64,000 nt of DNA from Harriotta raleighana (lineage: Eukaryota). The notes under the pieces were generated by a model. It ran no database searches, was not told where the DNA came from, and worked only from the letters and a program-made list of their open reading frames with translations. The stretch covers positions 908,924 through 972,923 of the forward strand of contig JBNZDD010013510.1 of assembly GCA_050575255.1 (NCBI GenBank), read 5' to 3'. The translations under genes and the position numbers were made by a program. This document shows, one piece after another, positions 50,921-63,372 of this stretch (position 1 is the stretch's first letter; each line of letters starts with the position of its first letter).

Positions 50921-52189
50921 AAATAAGAGGGAGCTCCACGTAAAGAGTTGTAAAAAACATTCTATGTTGATATCCAGAATCTTTGACAACAAAGCATAGA
51001 TGTGCATCAACTGCAATCACCTCTCCAGTTGAATTGGTTATTTGAGTAGAAATCAGAGTATTATTCTGACCTCAAATGACCTGTGTTGGGATGTGTCGCC
51101 TTTTAATAGTTGATTGACTCAGCAGCCTGATCAGTTAGCAAAATGGCAATGCATGGATTGGGTATTGAACATTGTGAAGACACTGTAGCTATTTGTATAC
51201 CTTCCTCAAAATGCTAACAGTACGTCATCCTCTGCGCCCTCCTTCCTGTTTATGTTACTACTGGCACTTGGTAGTTCACACTTTTTCAGGAATCTCCTAA
51301 GCACCAGTGGCAGCCTCACTGCTCGCGGGCGATGACTAAAACAGGCCATTTTTTTGTTAAATTCGGTTCATTGAGACAAGTCCTTGCAAATCCTGCTTTT
51401 GTTTGCCTCTAGCCTTGTTAAGCACGCAGTACAGATGCACCATTTGAATCCCATCTTCACAGGATGAGCAAGTGAAATCTTGCTGCATTGACGATGCTAA
51501 TGATGTTGATTTGGTACCTGGAAATTCACATTCCTTTCATGAAGGAGGAAAACAAAATGGTGATTGGCACCATTTGACAACCATGAGGTCCCATGGGGGG
51601 CTGGGAGAATGAAATGCACTTCTGCTTTTATCAGATTCATCATCAGAAGAAGATTCTGACTTGAAGGATGACTAATCTTAAGAAACTACAAGAGTGTGAT
51701 ACATTGTTTAGCACAGAATTGCCCAAAGCAGCAACATCAGGAATAAAAGCGTTGCTCCAGGAATGTTGAATGTAACTCGTATCTTTTTATCTTCAATGAT
51801 TCCACGGGTGCTTTATCTCTGTGAATGATGATATAAAGAGGATTTTTTTTTCTTGAATTGTTTCCTTTCCTGGAGTGGTTGAATTCGAAGTGCAAAGGAA
51901 AGTTTAGAGTGACTATTTTGAGGGTTAGACAAAAGCGCTCTGGCTACAATCCTGATCCTTGCCACTTGGAATTTGATATGGTCTACAAACTCAGCCTTAT
52001 GACTATTGATTCAATCGGCTTAAACCATTAATTTACACTGTTAGTGGAATTAATCCATTAATTTATTCTGGTAGTAGAATTAATCTACTCCGTGTTTCTT
52101 TGCAGAACTAAGAAATGTGTTCTCCTGATGACCTAGTGGGTATTCCAAGTATAGTAATAAAAAAAGAATATTACATGTTGCTTTATACA

Positions 52190-52420
52190 TTGAAACATAT
52201 CAAGCATTTTGCAATAATTTTTGTCAAAGATAATGACTGTTTTTCACCAGCAAATTGCATCAGCCAATATAGACACAGCCTGGTCACACCAACAGTCATC
52301 AAGTGAATACTTGATTAAGAGAAACTCCTTTCCCTTTTCGAATAGTATCTTGGGATCATTATCGTCCACCTGGTAGACGATCTCTTTCAACTGCAGAATT
52401 TACGAAAGACATTTCCAACA
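52190..52420 (-). mobile_element. DeuSINE-like fragment
   Basis: gagaaactcctttcccttttcgaatagtatcttgggatcattatcgtccacctg, the reverse complement of a Deu core. Confidence 0.6.
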
Positions 52421-53840
52421 TTATGACAACCTATATAGTGATTCACAGTTGGCAGCCCATTCCTAGGACTAAATTCACTTTGAAGCATAACCTTATGTTG
52501 GGTGGTTTTCTGTAGGTGTTGCTTTATAGACAATGACTCAATCATGTATTGAACGCCATGTATTCTGCATCACTATCTTTTTGTTTCCCATGTTTACGTA
52601 GTGTATTTTTACAACAATTTTACCTCATTTCAAGCATTGCAACCTACACAATAAAAGTATTGCATAGCAAAGTACATTACTCATGTTACAATAATCACCC
52701 TTTAAATGTCCTCAACCTTTAAATGTCTCCATTGTTTAACAAAAGAAGATATTTGAAAAAATAAAGGTCAATGTGAACATTCAGTTGCGAAGAATGAGCC
52801 TGTCAATCAGTACTATCAACTCTCAATTCCCAAAGACCCTCCAAATATCTGAGAAAGTCAATCATTCAAAAGAGAAAAGTACTGAATTACCACGTAATCT
52901 ATATTAGAATGAGAAATAGTTACACACTGATAGCCGAGTCCTCTTTTGTTTCCATGTTTTAAAAGTACATCATTGAAGCAGCCTACCAGTTGGTGGATAT
53001 GTCTCTGTTATATGTCACTGTGTGGCTCGATCTCTAATATCATAGCGTCCAGAGCCCATTCTCCTTCGAGGGATTTCCCAAACTGAAACATCACAATTTC
53101 ACTGGAGAGAACCTTCTCGCAAGCGAATTTTGTTGACCAATTATTTCCACTCTATCTCTGAAAAGACATTTTAAAGTATAAAATAACATGTTCATAATAT
53201 CAATCCTCAAACTTAGAATTAATATGACCTGAAAAAAAACAGGTACCCCCCCACACCCAAATCACCATCGCTCCCAATTGATCCAAATTACTGCACTCAC
53301 AAATGCAATAAATTGCGATTTCCAATTAAATCCACTAAATACTGCAAAACTCAGTCATCTAACCTCGAAAGGCAAGTAAGCAACCATTGACCTTTTGAGT
53401 AGGCTTGATGGAGACAAACTCTCCGAATGGTGCTGTAAATCAATTTAACTGTAAGATGATTGAAATTGAAACGTCAATGCTTTCAGTTCTGTATTTTTTC
53501 ATCTGAGGACTTCATCTACATTAATATCATTGGTCACATGTGCATTGGGAAACACTGCAAGAAATTCTCGGATCCTCTTTGGGAAATGTGACAGATATCA
53601 AACTAACAGCCATTAGGGATTGAGGAACAAAATTCTGAATCTGGTTTGACTGGATTAGTATCTGTCCAGGCCAAATACAGTGTCTTCGAGTGTAGTGTCC
53701 TATTGGTAAAGGTGGGGTGTATCAAAGTGAATAATGCAGGCCTGCAATCTATCTCTTTACCACCTACAACTAGGCCTTCATCTACCTTGCCCCTAACCTC
53801 TGAGACTGAGCATTTGCTATTGTTAACTACTCGATGTTAG

Positions 53841-53927
53841 TTTGTTTATGATTTGTTATTTTTACCATTTGATCTCTTTGTTTTTTTTGCCTTGTTTTGT
53901 TTCTTAAAGGTGAGTGGATGGTGAGAC
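53841..53927 (+). other. Candidate recursive splice site (AG|GTGAGT after a long T-rich AG-free tract)
   Basis: ttttgtttcttaaAG|GTGAGT, with AG at 53908-53909 and no AG in 53841-53907. Confidence 0.35.
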
Positions 53928-56269
53928 ATTGGTAGCAGAAAATGAATTGCGTTTCACTTTTTAAAGATCCCAAGTTTGATCAGTCAAATATCAAGCTACA
54001 ATCATTTGCTCTAAGGAGGTGGCGATGGAATTTGCTAAGTGAATCGCATATCCAACTGAACAGAGAGGAAGTTGATTTACTTTGCTTCAGATACATTTGT
54101 GCATCCACGGAAAAGCATGCATCCTGTCAGATTTGTGTCACATATTGTACAGAAGCAAAAGATTCAATGTCGGGCCAAGTGGGTTAGAAAAATAATCACT
54201 TTCCCCACTGTCCAGCCAGATTATATTCATGTAGATTCCTGTGCAGTCACTATCTGCTGTCAATTTCAAACCATTGGTGTTTTAAAAAGAAGTCCTTCAC
54301 GCAGATTGTCAGGTTCTTGTCACTTTCACTCGAAAACATATTAAGAGACAGGAAAATGATGTTCGAATTGAAAAATTTTAAAGGACAAATGTTTGAAATT
54401 ATCCCCCAGGGTTTTTTTTATTTTCCTCAAAAAGATACGCTTTGCACTTTTTGGGGTTCAGAAGGAGGGGAAATGAAATGGTTGGTACAAAGGTTTATAA
54501 AATAAAACATTATGTTTGATGCACAACAGTGGAGCGAAGGTTCACTGTTTTGTGTCTGCATGTGTCAGATGTTATCTGGTGCTTCACAAAAACAACTGAT
54601 GATTTTGGACATTTGTGGTATCTGTGTCAACTTTCATGTGATCAGCTTTCCGAAAGTTGTGTTTCTTAATGGAGGTTTATCACAGAGGTTGAGCTACTGT
54701 GTATGAAAGTTGGTTCGGGTTATTAAATTGCCTAACCCTGCCAACGTGTGAATCTGTCCTAGCTCAATTTGAATGCAATCAGGCTTATGAGTCAGACTGT
54801 ACAATCTAGCATGATTTGAAAGATTAATTTTGTTCTCTTTACATTTGTAGATTAACAATGGATAATTGAAGATTTACATGTATAAATGCAAATCCGGTTT
54901 CGGGGCATTTTATTTTTTAAGTCCTATTTTCCTGTCATCGCTACCCAACCTGTCATATGTCCATTGGGACATTACTTACAATATCAAATTGCCTCACTAC
55001 ATAGAAACTGCATTATGCCTTGCTCTTTCTCAGTCATTTTCCAATCTTTTATCCCAATGGAAGTAATTAATAGGCTTCTTTGTGTTATGAGGGAGCCATG
55101 GTGGAAAGAGGATGCTCCTTGAAATTTATATTTTTCTTTCATGAAATTTAATAAACATCCCCCTACTATCTGACTGCTGCTGGGGTATAGTATCAAGAGT
55201 GCCAGGCACTTTCTGTTTCATCTCCAAAGCATTAATGAGCTTTTTTATTCCATCCCATTTCCTCCCCCACTTCTCCTGGAAACCCTTGACTGTCACTGGA
55301 CTACATTTCATCCTTTGGTTTGGGTCTGATCCTTGGCAATTTTTGAAATATGAACGTAGAAAATGTGATTTATTTGATACTATGATGTCGAAGGCGAACT
55401 GATCTTCTTCCCCAATATCCCTTAGAGTGGTCTTTGAATGGCATCAGAAATAATTCTGAGCCTATTCAAGACACTTGTTTTACTCCTTATGTTGCTGCTG
55501 TTTTCTTCCGAGTTATCAGGTTGTTTGATGTATTCTGTAAATGTATTAATAGCTCTTGCTTATCACTGCTTGCCCAGAGTTGAAATCTCAATTCATATAA
55601 TTTCCCGATGCTGATCAAATTTCGAAGCCGTGGTGCACTACAAATGTAATATTGTGTTAATGTTGTTGTTTCACGCATTGGAAAATATTTGCTCTGAGTT
55701 GAATCAACTGTTTCATTCTCAGGTTACAATTGACTGAATTGTTAAGTGATTCTTGTGGCTTGCATCTCTGAGGTCACATATGTCCCAGTTGGTGGCAGAG
55801 TCTCTGGCACTATTGGGGATCCAATTGGAAATGACAATTATGGTTCTCAACAGATTGTAAAATTAGTAAATTAATCAAGAGGGGAGGAACTGGAAAAAAT
55901 TGGATTTTAATACTCATCCATGCATTTTCGTATTCATTGAAACAGATCACAAACTAATAGAAATTAATTGTGAACCAACTGAAGCAATTATAAATACCTT
56001 TCAATTATTCTGTTAGCTTCAATTAATTCAACATCTTCGCTGTATTTTGCCAGTTGTATTCGGACAGCCTGATTGCAACAATAATTTTGCAAGAAATAAT
56101 GAGTAATAGCCTATCTATGTGTTTATTTTGGAATAACTGAGCTGGTCAATGTGGGGGAATTAAATTAGTGTCAGCGTGTTCATGAATTGATCCAGGGACC
56201 TTCCGCAGTCAAGTCATTTCACCTGTGCATGTTTCCTTACTTCACATGCCTAATAATAATCCCTCCAAA

Positions 56270-56470
56270 AAATACAGTAATAAAAATTGGTCATTTTCAA
56301 TCCACGGCTGTTTGTGGGACACTGCTGTGCGCAATTGGCTGCTGCGTTTCGCCCACAAATATACAGTCAATTCACTTTACTGTATATTCTGTGAAGTGCT
56401 TTGAGGTGTCGATAAGATGTGAAAAGCGCTACATCAAATACAAGGAATATGATTATTATTATTATTATTA
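56270..56470 (+). mobile_element. tRNA-SINE, 5'-truncated
   Basis: aaattggtcattttcaatccacggctgtttgtgggacactgctgtgcgcaattggctg...aaaagcgctacatcaaatac..(ATT)n. Confidence 0.88.
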
Positions 56471-56490
56471 ATTCAATTTCCTCACATTCA

Positions 56491-56726
56491 CACCGGCTCC
56501 TCCGCTAACCCAGCTCTGATAAGATGTTTTTAAAAAAAACGAACATTTTAAATATTCGTCAAATTATTTTTAGTAGTTTGATATTTAATGACACAATTTC
56601 TACTTAAANCACCGGCTCCTCCGCTAACCCAGCTCTGATAAGATTTTTTTTTAAAAAAGAACATTTTAAATATTCATCAAATTATTTTTAGTAGTTTGAT
56701 ATTTAATGACACAATTTCTACTTAAA
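56491..56726 (+). repeat. ~118-bp near-identical duplication separated by a single N
   Basis: 56491-56608 versus 56610-56726, N at 56609, with a few substitutions and an indel. Confidence 0.9.
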
Positions 56727-57321
56727 ATGCTCTTTCCCCAAAATAAATCAACGTTCTGCCTTTGCCCTTTAAGAGGAACCTAATGCTAGTGCCTCAAAGC
56801 TACAAAGCCTGCAAATTAATTATTTAGGTGGAGTAATTAAAAGGTTGTTTCATTTGTTTACCTTTACCACTGTCAGTCAACCGTGTGGACATGTCTATGA
56901 CTAAAGGCTGCTGTCAGACTCTAGTAAAGACTTAATCACAGAGGTTTATAAAAAGTCTTTGAGTTTGGGGTGGAGTGAGGTGGGGACATTATAATTGCTG
57001 CTGAAGGCGGCAAGATGAAGTCATCTGAAAGTAAAGAGCTTATTCTGAAACTTCTTCGCTCACCAAGTTTCGGTCGCCAGTTTGCTCCTATCTTCTCCTC
57101 TTCTGAAGGTGCTGAGATATGGTTCTCTAAACGCCAGGATGCTGCCAGGTGCCAAATCCAGGTTAGCCACTGTATCCAAATAATATCCAAATGGGTAGTC
57201 CTCCAATAGGAGTTACAATGATAGGGAACTAATATTGCTCTCCCTATCCCAGGAGCAGTAATGTATCTCCACGTCCATTAAGGCCATCAAGAAAAGCACA
57301 GACCAGATGTTGAACCTGTGA

Positions 57322-57387
57322 CTTGGGACTTTCTCCTGACATGAAAGGCGCTGTACAAGTGTAATTTTTTAAAATTTTTATTGTTGT
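57322..57387 (+). mobile_element. Solo L2 hairpin plus tail
   Basis: cttgggactttctcctgacatgaaaggcgctgtacaagtgtaattttt..ttgttg. Confidence 0.75.
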
Positions 57388-59544
57388 GACTACTTAGTAT
57401 AGAGCTACACAGACAATGATTTTACCCACTGGGCTATCAAGGGACGTTTCTGTAAGGGTGTCATTCTGAAGGACAAGCTAGATTGAAATTCTCTTTGAGG
57501 ACATTTTCTATGACAGTTTAAACTTGATGATAAGATTCATGGTGACAACCACTGGTTTATTCATCTGATAAACACATTGTAGTTTTGCTGCCTTTGAAAA
57601 GTGATGGTGTTTTTCATGTATTTGTAGCTTCACTACTTGAAGGAATACCTACAGCAACATGCGGAAAACTGAGGTCTGGATTAGTGGTTCTTTGTCACAA
57701 ATTCTTTCAAAGCTTTTTCAGCTGTTGATCTATTCCTTGGTAGCTTTTGGTATAATAATATAAAATAATACTGTTGAATTTGAATTAAATGCTGTTAAAT
57801 AAAGCAAAGTTCAGCCTTAAGTTAGATTCTCACATTGTCTTATTTCTGGCTTCAAAAATAGGTTCTGAATTCCTCAATTACTTGCTCCATTGAACTTATT
57901 TCCAGCTGTGCTTCAGTGGCTATCGCGTTGATACATCTGCAAAGTATTACGGAGATGAAGAAGAGCCTCCATGGAGATCCAGTAACCTTTTGCTAACATA
58001 TGCAACATTTGTGACTACGGAAGAATCTGCAATAGGTAAGTTAGGAATCAATAATGAGCGATGAGTGAAACCTGATGAAATTTCATGGGATGCATTGAAG
58101 TAGCTGGTTGCAGCGAAATTCAATTTTCTTTGACCTTTGTATTTGAAAATATTGTAACTTTGCTCTTGTCTTCTACCCCGTCCTCCCATTCATCCAGTTA
58201 TTGCAGTTTCTGAAGTTCACCCCTGCATTCAGTATTGTCCTATTCAGTCCTCTAGGTATAAATTTTCTGAATTATATACATGTGGAAAAAGTACCGATAG
58301 TACAATGTAAAAATATTGTATTATGCAAAAAAGTGACTTATGCAAATATTGTTCTTGTCTCTTCAAATCGAATATTTCATGAACCTGTTTATTTTTGATC
58401 AACAGAATTATCCTTAGCTTAAAAAATAATGAAAAGGGAAAATAATTTCCCTAGGCATATGACTCATAGTGGGTTATATTTATACTACAAAGAATTGGAT
58501 ATTCGTGAGAAATTATCAGGCTGAGGCAATGGGAGATATTGAACTCTAGCTTCATTATTGCTCGAATGACACATTTTTAGCTCTCAATTTAAAACCTAAT
58601 CTAGTACTGGTATTTTAATCAATTCACTCTGTTATACTGAAGCTGCATTTAGTATTATTTGGACAATATAAAGTACTGGTAATGGAGCAAATGGTGTAAT
58701 CCATGTAGAAAATCAGATTGTTCCAGCAATATTTTATAATGAAAGAAATCGCAAAAATTGTCGGAAGTAAAATGTAACCACTTTATACCCTGTAAAAACC
58801 ATTTTGTCTTGAAAGACTGGAATATATGTTTGCTCTCATATTAACTCATAATAATATATAAATATAATATATAAATAAAAATAAAATAAATAAAACTTCC
58901 ACGTGGCAAAAATAGGTAACCAAAAGGATTTATACCCATTTAAATTTACTATCGATATCTTATAACCCTGGTCTGCCTGGACAATAACTTTTCCAAATCT
59001 ACTTCAAAATAAATGTACCTGAATTCAATCCAGTCTCTGAAGAAAGCCTTCTATTGTTGCCTGTTAATTGAATGCTGTTGCATTCAGCGCGTTGATTTAA
59101 TGCCGGCTGTCTTGTTTCTGGAATTCCTTGGAGGATGAACTGGTATGCTAGCCATTCTGCCAAAATATAGTTTGTCCACCTGAATGTTACATTGCGTTTT
59201 GCTACCAACTGATATATAAAGTTGGGAAACTATAGAATTGAAGATACTTCAAACTGATATATGAATAATGGTGATATATACCAGTCGAGAGTGAATTCTC
59301 TTATCAAGATTGGTTTGGCTACAAATTTTGGCATCAGTAAAAGGATCATTCTTCTAGCTTCTGTATACTAATTAAAAAGCTTCCTGCATCTCTCTTAAAC
59401 ATGGCTGACAAATGCCCCTTTTTAAAAAAAACTGCGGCTTTAATCCATTTGGTTTGGATTTACAACTAGATTATACTAATTTAAACAATATTGAAACATC
59501 CTCTTGATCTGTCTACCTTAGCTTCATAGATCCTCTGTACTGGC

Positions 59545-59760
59545 CTGAAGCAAAAGGTTCTTCCTCTGGATTTTCTCTGACATGCCCCTTCACTCTCCAC
59601 TTTTAAATCCCGCCTAAAGACCTTCCTTTCTGATTGTGTTTACGGTAACCTCCCTGCTCCCTCTCCCCCTAGCTCGGTGACAGACTCCGCCACTATGAAG
59701 TGATCTGGGATGTTACCCCGTGTGAAGGGAGTCATATAAAGGCAAGTGGTCGTTGTGTTA
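59545..59760 (+). mobile_element. Older L2 3' end
   Basis: cttttaaatcccgcctaaagaccttcctttc (FKSRLKT.LF-like), then tgaagtgatctgggatgtt..gtgaaggg..tataaaggcaagt. Confidence 0.65.
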
Positions 59761-62084
59761 TTCATTGTTGAACACTTGTTCATTTTGGATTGTATCATTG
59801 ACTGTGTTGCTTAGTACTCCAAGATGCTGCCAAACATGAAGGAATATATATATAAATGCAAATAGTTGTTGTTGTTGTTGCATAGATTCTGGAGAGCCAA
59901 GCAAAAAACATGCAAACAGGAAGCAAAAATCAACAGTGCCTATCTGTTACGTATATGCCGCAGAGTATTTTCATTGAATGTTTTAATGAGAAAATGTAAA
60001 AGATCTTTATTTTAGTACTGTATTATAGATTATTTCTGTCTCAACCCCATTTCAAATATTTCTTCCCCAAGTCTTAGTGGATAATAAACTCCATCCATCT
60101 TCCACATTCAGCCTTTCTTTCATTATACACTCCACAGAGTTGAACATCACCTAACTATTACTTTGGGATCTATCTCATCCGCTCTCCATTCCTTTCAATC
60201 TTGGAAGTGCCCTGCACTATGGGCCTTAAGGCTCACCTTAATTTTAATAATATTTTATACGCAAGTTATATCATGTCCAAACTATCTTACACACACAAAA
60301 TATAACCTTCAGGTCATTTCTCTGTGCTATGCAGTAATTACATTACCTTGTGGGGGTATAACAGCCGATCCACAAGGGATTTTGAAAGTAATGCATCAAA
60401 AATAAATAACCTGACCCCTCTACAACCCATGTGTTATAAAGTGGATAAACATGAAAAGAGAGCCAGATTTGTTCGTGAGCAAGTTAACTTTAGACATTTT
60501 TTTTTATCACCAGCATGAATTGTACATACAGCTTATTATTTCTCACAGAGATGCAACACAGAATTTCACAGTCCACATGCAACTTATTTACATCAACAAA
60601 AAAGATGGTTGATACAGTAGAAGGATGAGATCACCTGGGCCAAAGTGATAGCTGACTCTGAAGCTCCTGTGTGTTCTGTACTCTGGTGAGTGAAAAGTAA
60701 TGAAGTTGTAAGTCACCAGTAATGAAGTAATGAAGTCACCAGCAAACCAATCACAATGACAATTCCAGAATGTTTTTCTCTTTTTTGCTTTTTTAATTAA
60801 TTTTTACTGTTTTCATTTTTTTTCTCTTAAGAAACCATCATTTCTGTCTGTTCAAAAATCATTTTTTAGTATTATATTATACAATCACATCAAATATTCA
60901 GTGTAAGATTTTAAAAAGACCACGACTGCCTGCCATTTGCTGTAGATTGTGCATTTGTTTGGGCATATCAATATAACTTGCTGACAAATCGTGGAAAACA
61001 ATTAGCCCGACTGAGTGTCATATGGAAAGAGACTGTGACTTTTCAATGTCATAAGTTGAAATGTTTCTAGATTTGTACTGCTGTGGTTAGAAACGCTTCA
61101 AGCTCCATCTAAATAGCATTTCCTTAAGTTGCTGCAAACCAAATCAATATTCTGACTCAATTAGATCTGTTTGATAATGCTTTTAAATGTTTCTGAGGCT
61201 ACTCTTAATGCAGCTGTGGTGAGTTTTTTTCTCCTAAGCAAGAAAATTGATGATGAAGAAAGAGTTCAACATGATCACTGAAGCACAATACTCCAGATCA
61301 CTGTTTCAAATTCCATTCTTCCTTACGATGTTAAGTCATCCACACAATTCCAGGTAGATGTGTTGCTGTGTCGCACATGTTTTTTCTTGGGAAAGATCTG
61401 TCACACACAGATTTTACAAGTGGCAGAGAATTTAATTTGTTCTGTTTCACCTGAATTATCGCCCTCGGAATGAGGTTCCAAGCCCTCGCATTTGCTTTCC
61501 ACATCGCTCATTGGTTGATGATTTATATTGCTAGCACTGAGAACCTGATTGTTGAGAGCCACAGTTCCTTTATTGCTGCCAAGCCACAAATATGGTAGGA
61601 TTTTCTGTTTCAAAATGGTGAATCCAAACTCCGTGCCTATTATCCACCACACAACTGCTCCTGGGTAAATCCTCGTAATAATACATCTGTATTATTATTT
61701 CCCAGTGATTAATAGAAAATGTTTTTACAACTAGAGCCAACTGTAACAGTGACAGATGTTTCATGAAATTCATCTTGAACGCAATGAAATGCAGAATTTT
61801 GATTTCAGTGTCAAAGATCCAGTCTTGAGGTTTCCAAAGCTCCAGTGTGATAATAGTTTATTGATATTATTTGGCCTTTTTATGCATAGAAATGGGAGAT
61901 TCAAGAAATGTGTGGCTGACAGAATGTCTCAATAGTAGCGGAGGGAATATATCAAACTTTAAACTCTCTGAGGCATGACACTGCATGTAGAGAGCTGTAT
62001 AAATGCAAGTAGTATTGTAAAAGTTGTTGCTCTTTTGTTACTGATTCACTAACTAAATAGTTCCTAACCTTATTTAATCTTTTA

Positions 62085-62385
62085 ATTTTCAGCACTTCTC
62101 TCAAGTCTCCTCTCAACTCTTTGTTTCAGTGAAAAGAGCCCCAAGTTCGCTTGTCTCTCCTCACAACTAACACCCCTCTGTCATCCTAAAGAAGTTTCTG
62201 CACACCCTCTACAGTTTCTCTTGGGACATCCTCCTGACGTGAAATGCATTATACCAATGTCATTTGTTGTTGTTGTTGTTGTTGTTGTTGTGGTGGTGGT
62301 GGTTAATGTCTTAACAGAGGTCACTCAGAACTGGGCACAATACTCCAACTGTAACTGAACTATTGAGTTATATAGGTTTACCATT
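62085..62385 (-). mobile_element. CR1 ORF2 fragment interrupted by an L2 tail
   Basis: The reverse complement encodes YNSIVQLQLEYCAQF (compare LY.SLVRPHLEYC.QFW) and LGLFSL..R.LRGDL-like sequence. Confidence 0.7.
62220..62303 (+). mobile_element. Solo L2 hairpin plus (GTT)n(GGT)n tail nested in CR1
   Basis: cttgggacatcctcctgacgtgaaatgca...tttgttgttg. Confidence 0.8.
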
Positions 62386-62742
62386 CCATTTGCTTTGTGG
62401 ATGATATCTGGATTTGTAAAATTAGGGTAGTGGAAGAATCTATCATTGGCGAAAGCAAAATTAACTCCATGTGGTTGACTACGTTAGAATAGATACATGA
62501 CAGTAAATCTAACACAAGGTTACAGGATGCCTTGAAGTCCATTTCTTTTATGGCATCTTATAATTGATTGGGTGCACGTGTTGTTGAAGGATGATGACAG
62601 TTGGATCAAAGGATTAATGATTGGGATCTAATCTCTGCCAGTTAACTGAGTGATAGTCGATTCTTGATTACCGAGAAACAATAGTCAGAATATATTGTAA
62701 TGTGCTGATTGGCATTTAGAAAATCTCATGATAAATGGAAGA

Positions 62743-63030
62743 TGTCAACTTGGCTCAGTTAGTACCATTCCCACCTCTGAATCAGAAGGTTGTAGGTTCA
62801 CGCTCCAGTGCTCCGCTGCGATGCTGGTGGAGAGCTGATTATCACAGTTGCGTTCTTCAAAAGGGATATCAAACATCGTCTGCTTGCTTGGGGAGATGAC
62901 GCCATTCAAAAAGAAGAGGGAATTTCTGTTGATATATTCCTGGCCAACATTCTTCCACATAAAAATCATTCACCTCATAGCTATGGCTAATACAGTCAAT
63001 TACACTGACAGCAAATTGAGACATTTAAAC
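62743..63030 (+). mobile_element. DeuSINE-like SINE
   Basis: tgtcaacttggctcagttagtacc..ctctgaatcagaaggttgtaggttcacgctcc head, then aagaagagggaatttct..cctggccaacatt. Confidence 0.7.
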
Positions 63031-63056
63031 ATCGTGGAGTAAACATCTCAACATTG

Positions 63057-63372
63057 TGGAGTCCTGTAGTTCAGTGGTTAGAGGACTTGCCTTCCAAGCG
63101 AGAGACCTGGGTTTGATTCCAGGCAGGGGAAAATCTTGGGCAAGTTTCCTTACACCACACGCCTGATAATAATCCTTCAAAAATAAACAATAATAAATTG
63201 GTCATTTCAATCCACGACTGTTTGTGGGACACTGCTTTCCGCAATTGGCTGCCGCATTTCACTCACGAACATACAGCCAATTCACTTTATAGTATATTCT
63301 GTGAAGCGCTTTGAGACGTCTAGAAGATGTGAAAGCGCTATATCAAATACTGTATAAAGATTATTATTATTA
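63057..63372 (+). mobile_element. Full-length tRNA-derived SINE with L2-type 3' hairpin and (ATT)n tail
   Basis: A box tagttcagtgg, B box ggtttgattcc, body, gcgctttgagacgtctagaagatgtgaaagcgc hairpin, attattatt end. Confidence 0.92.

Noticed and set aside
58471-58967. Possible TIR element (gggttata...tataaccc)
   Set aside because: Only 8 bp of inverted identity in very AT-rich DNA.
63057-63130. tRNA gene
   Set aside because: A and B boxes are present, but the sequence continues into a multi-copy SINE body and has no Pol III terminator after the head.
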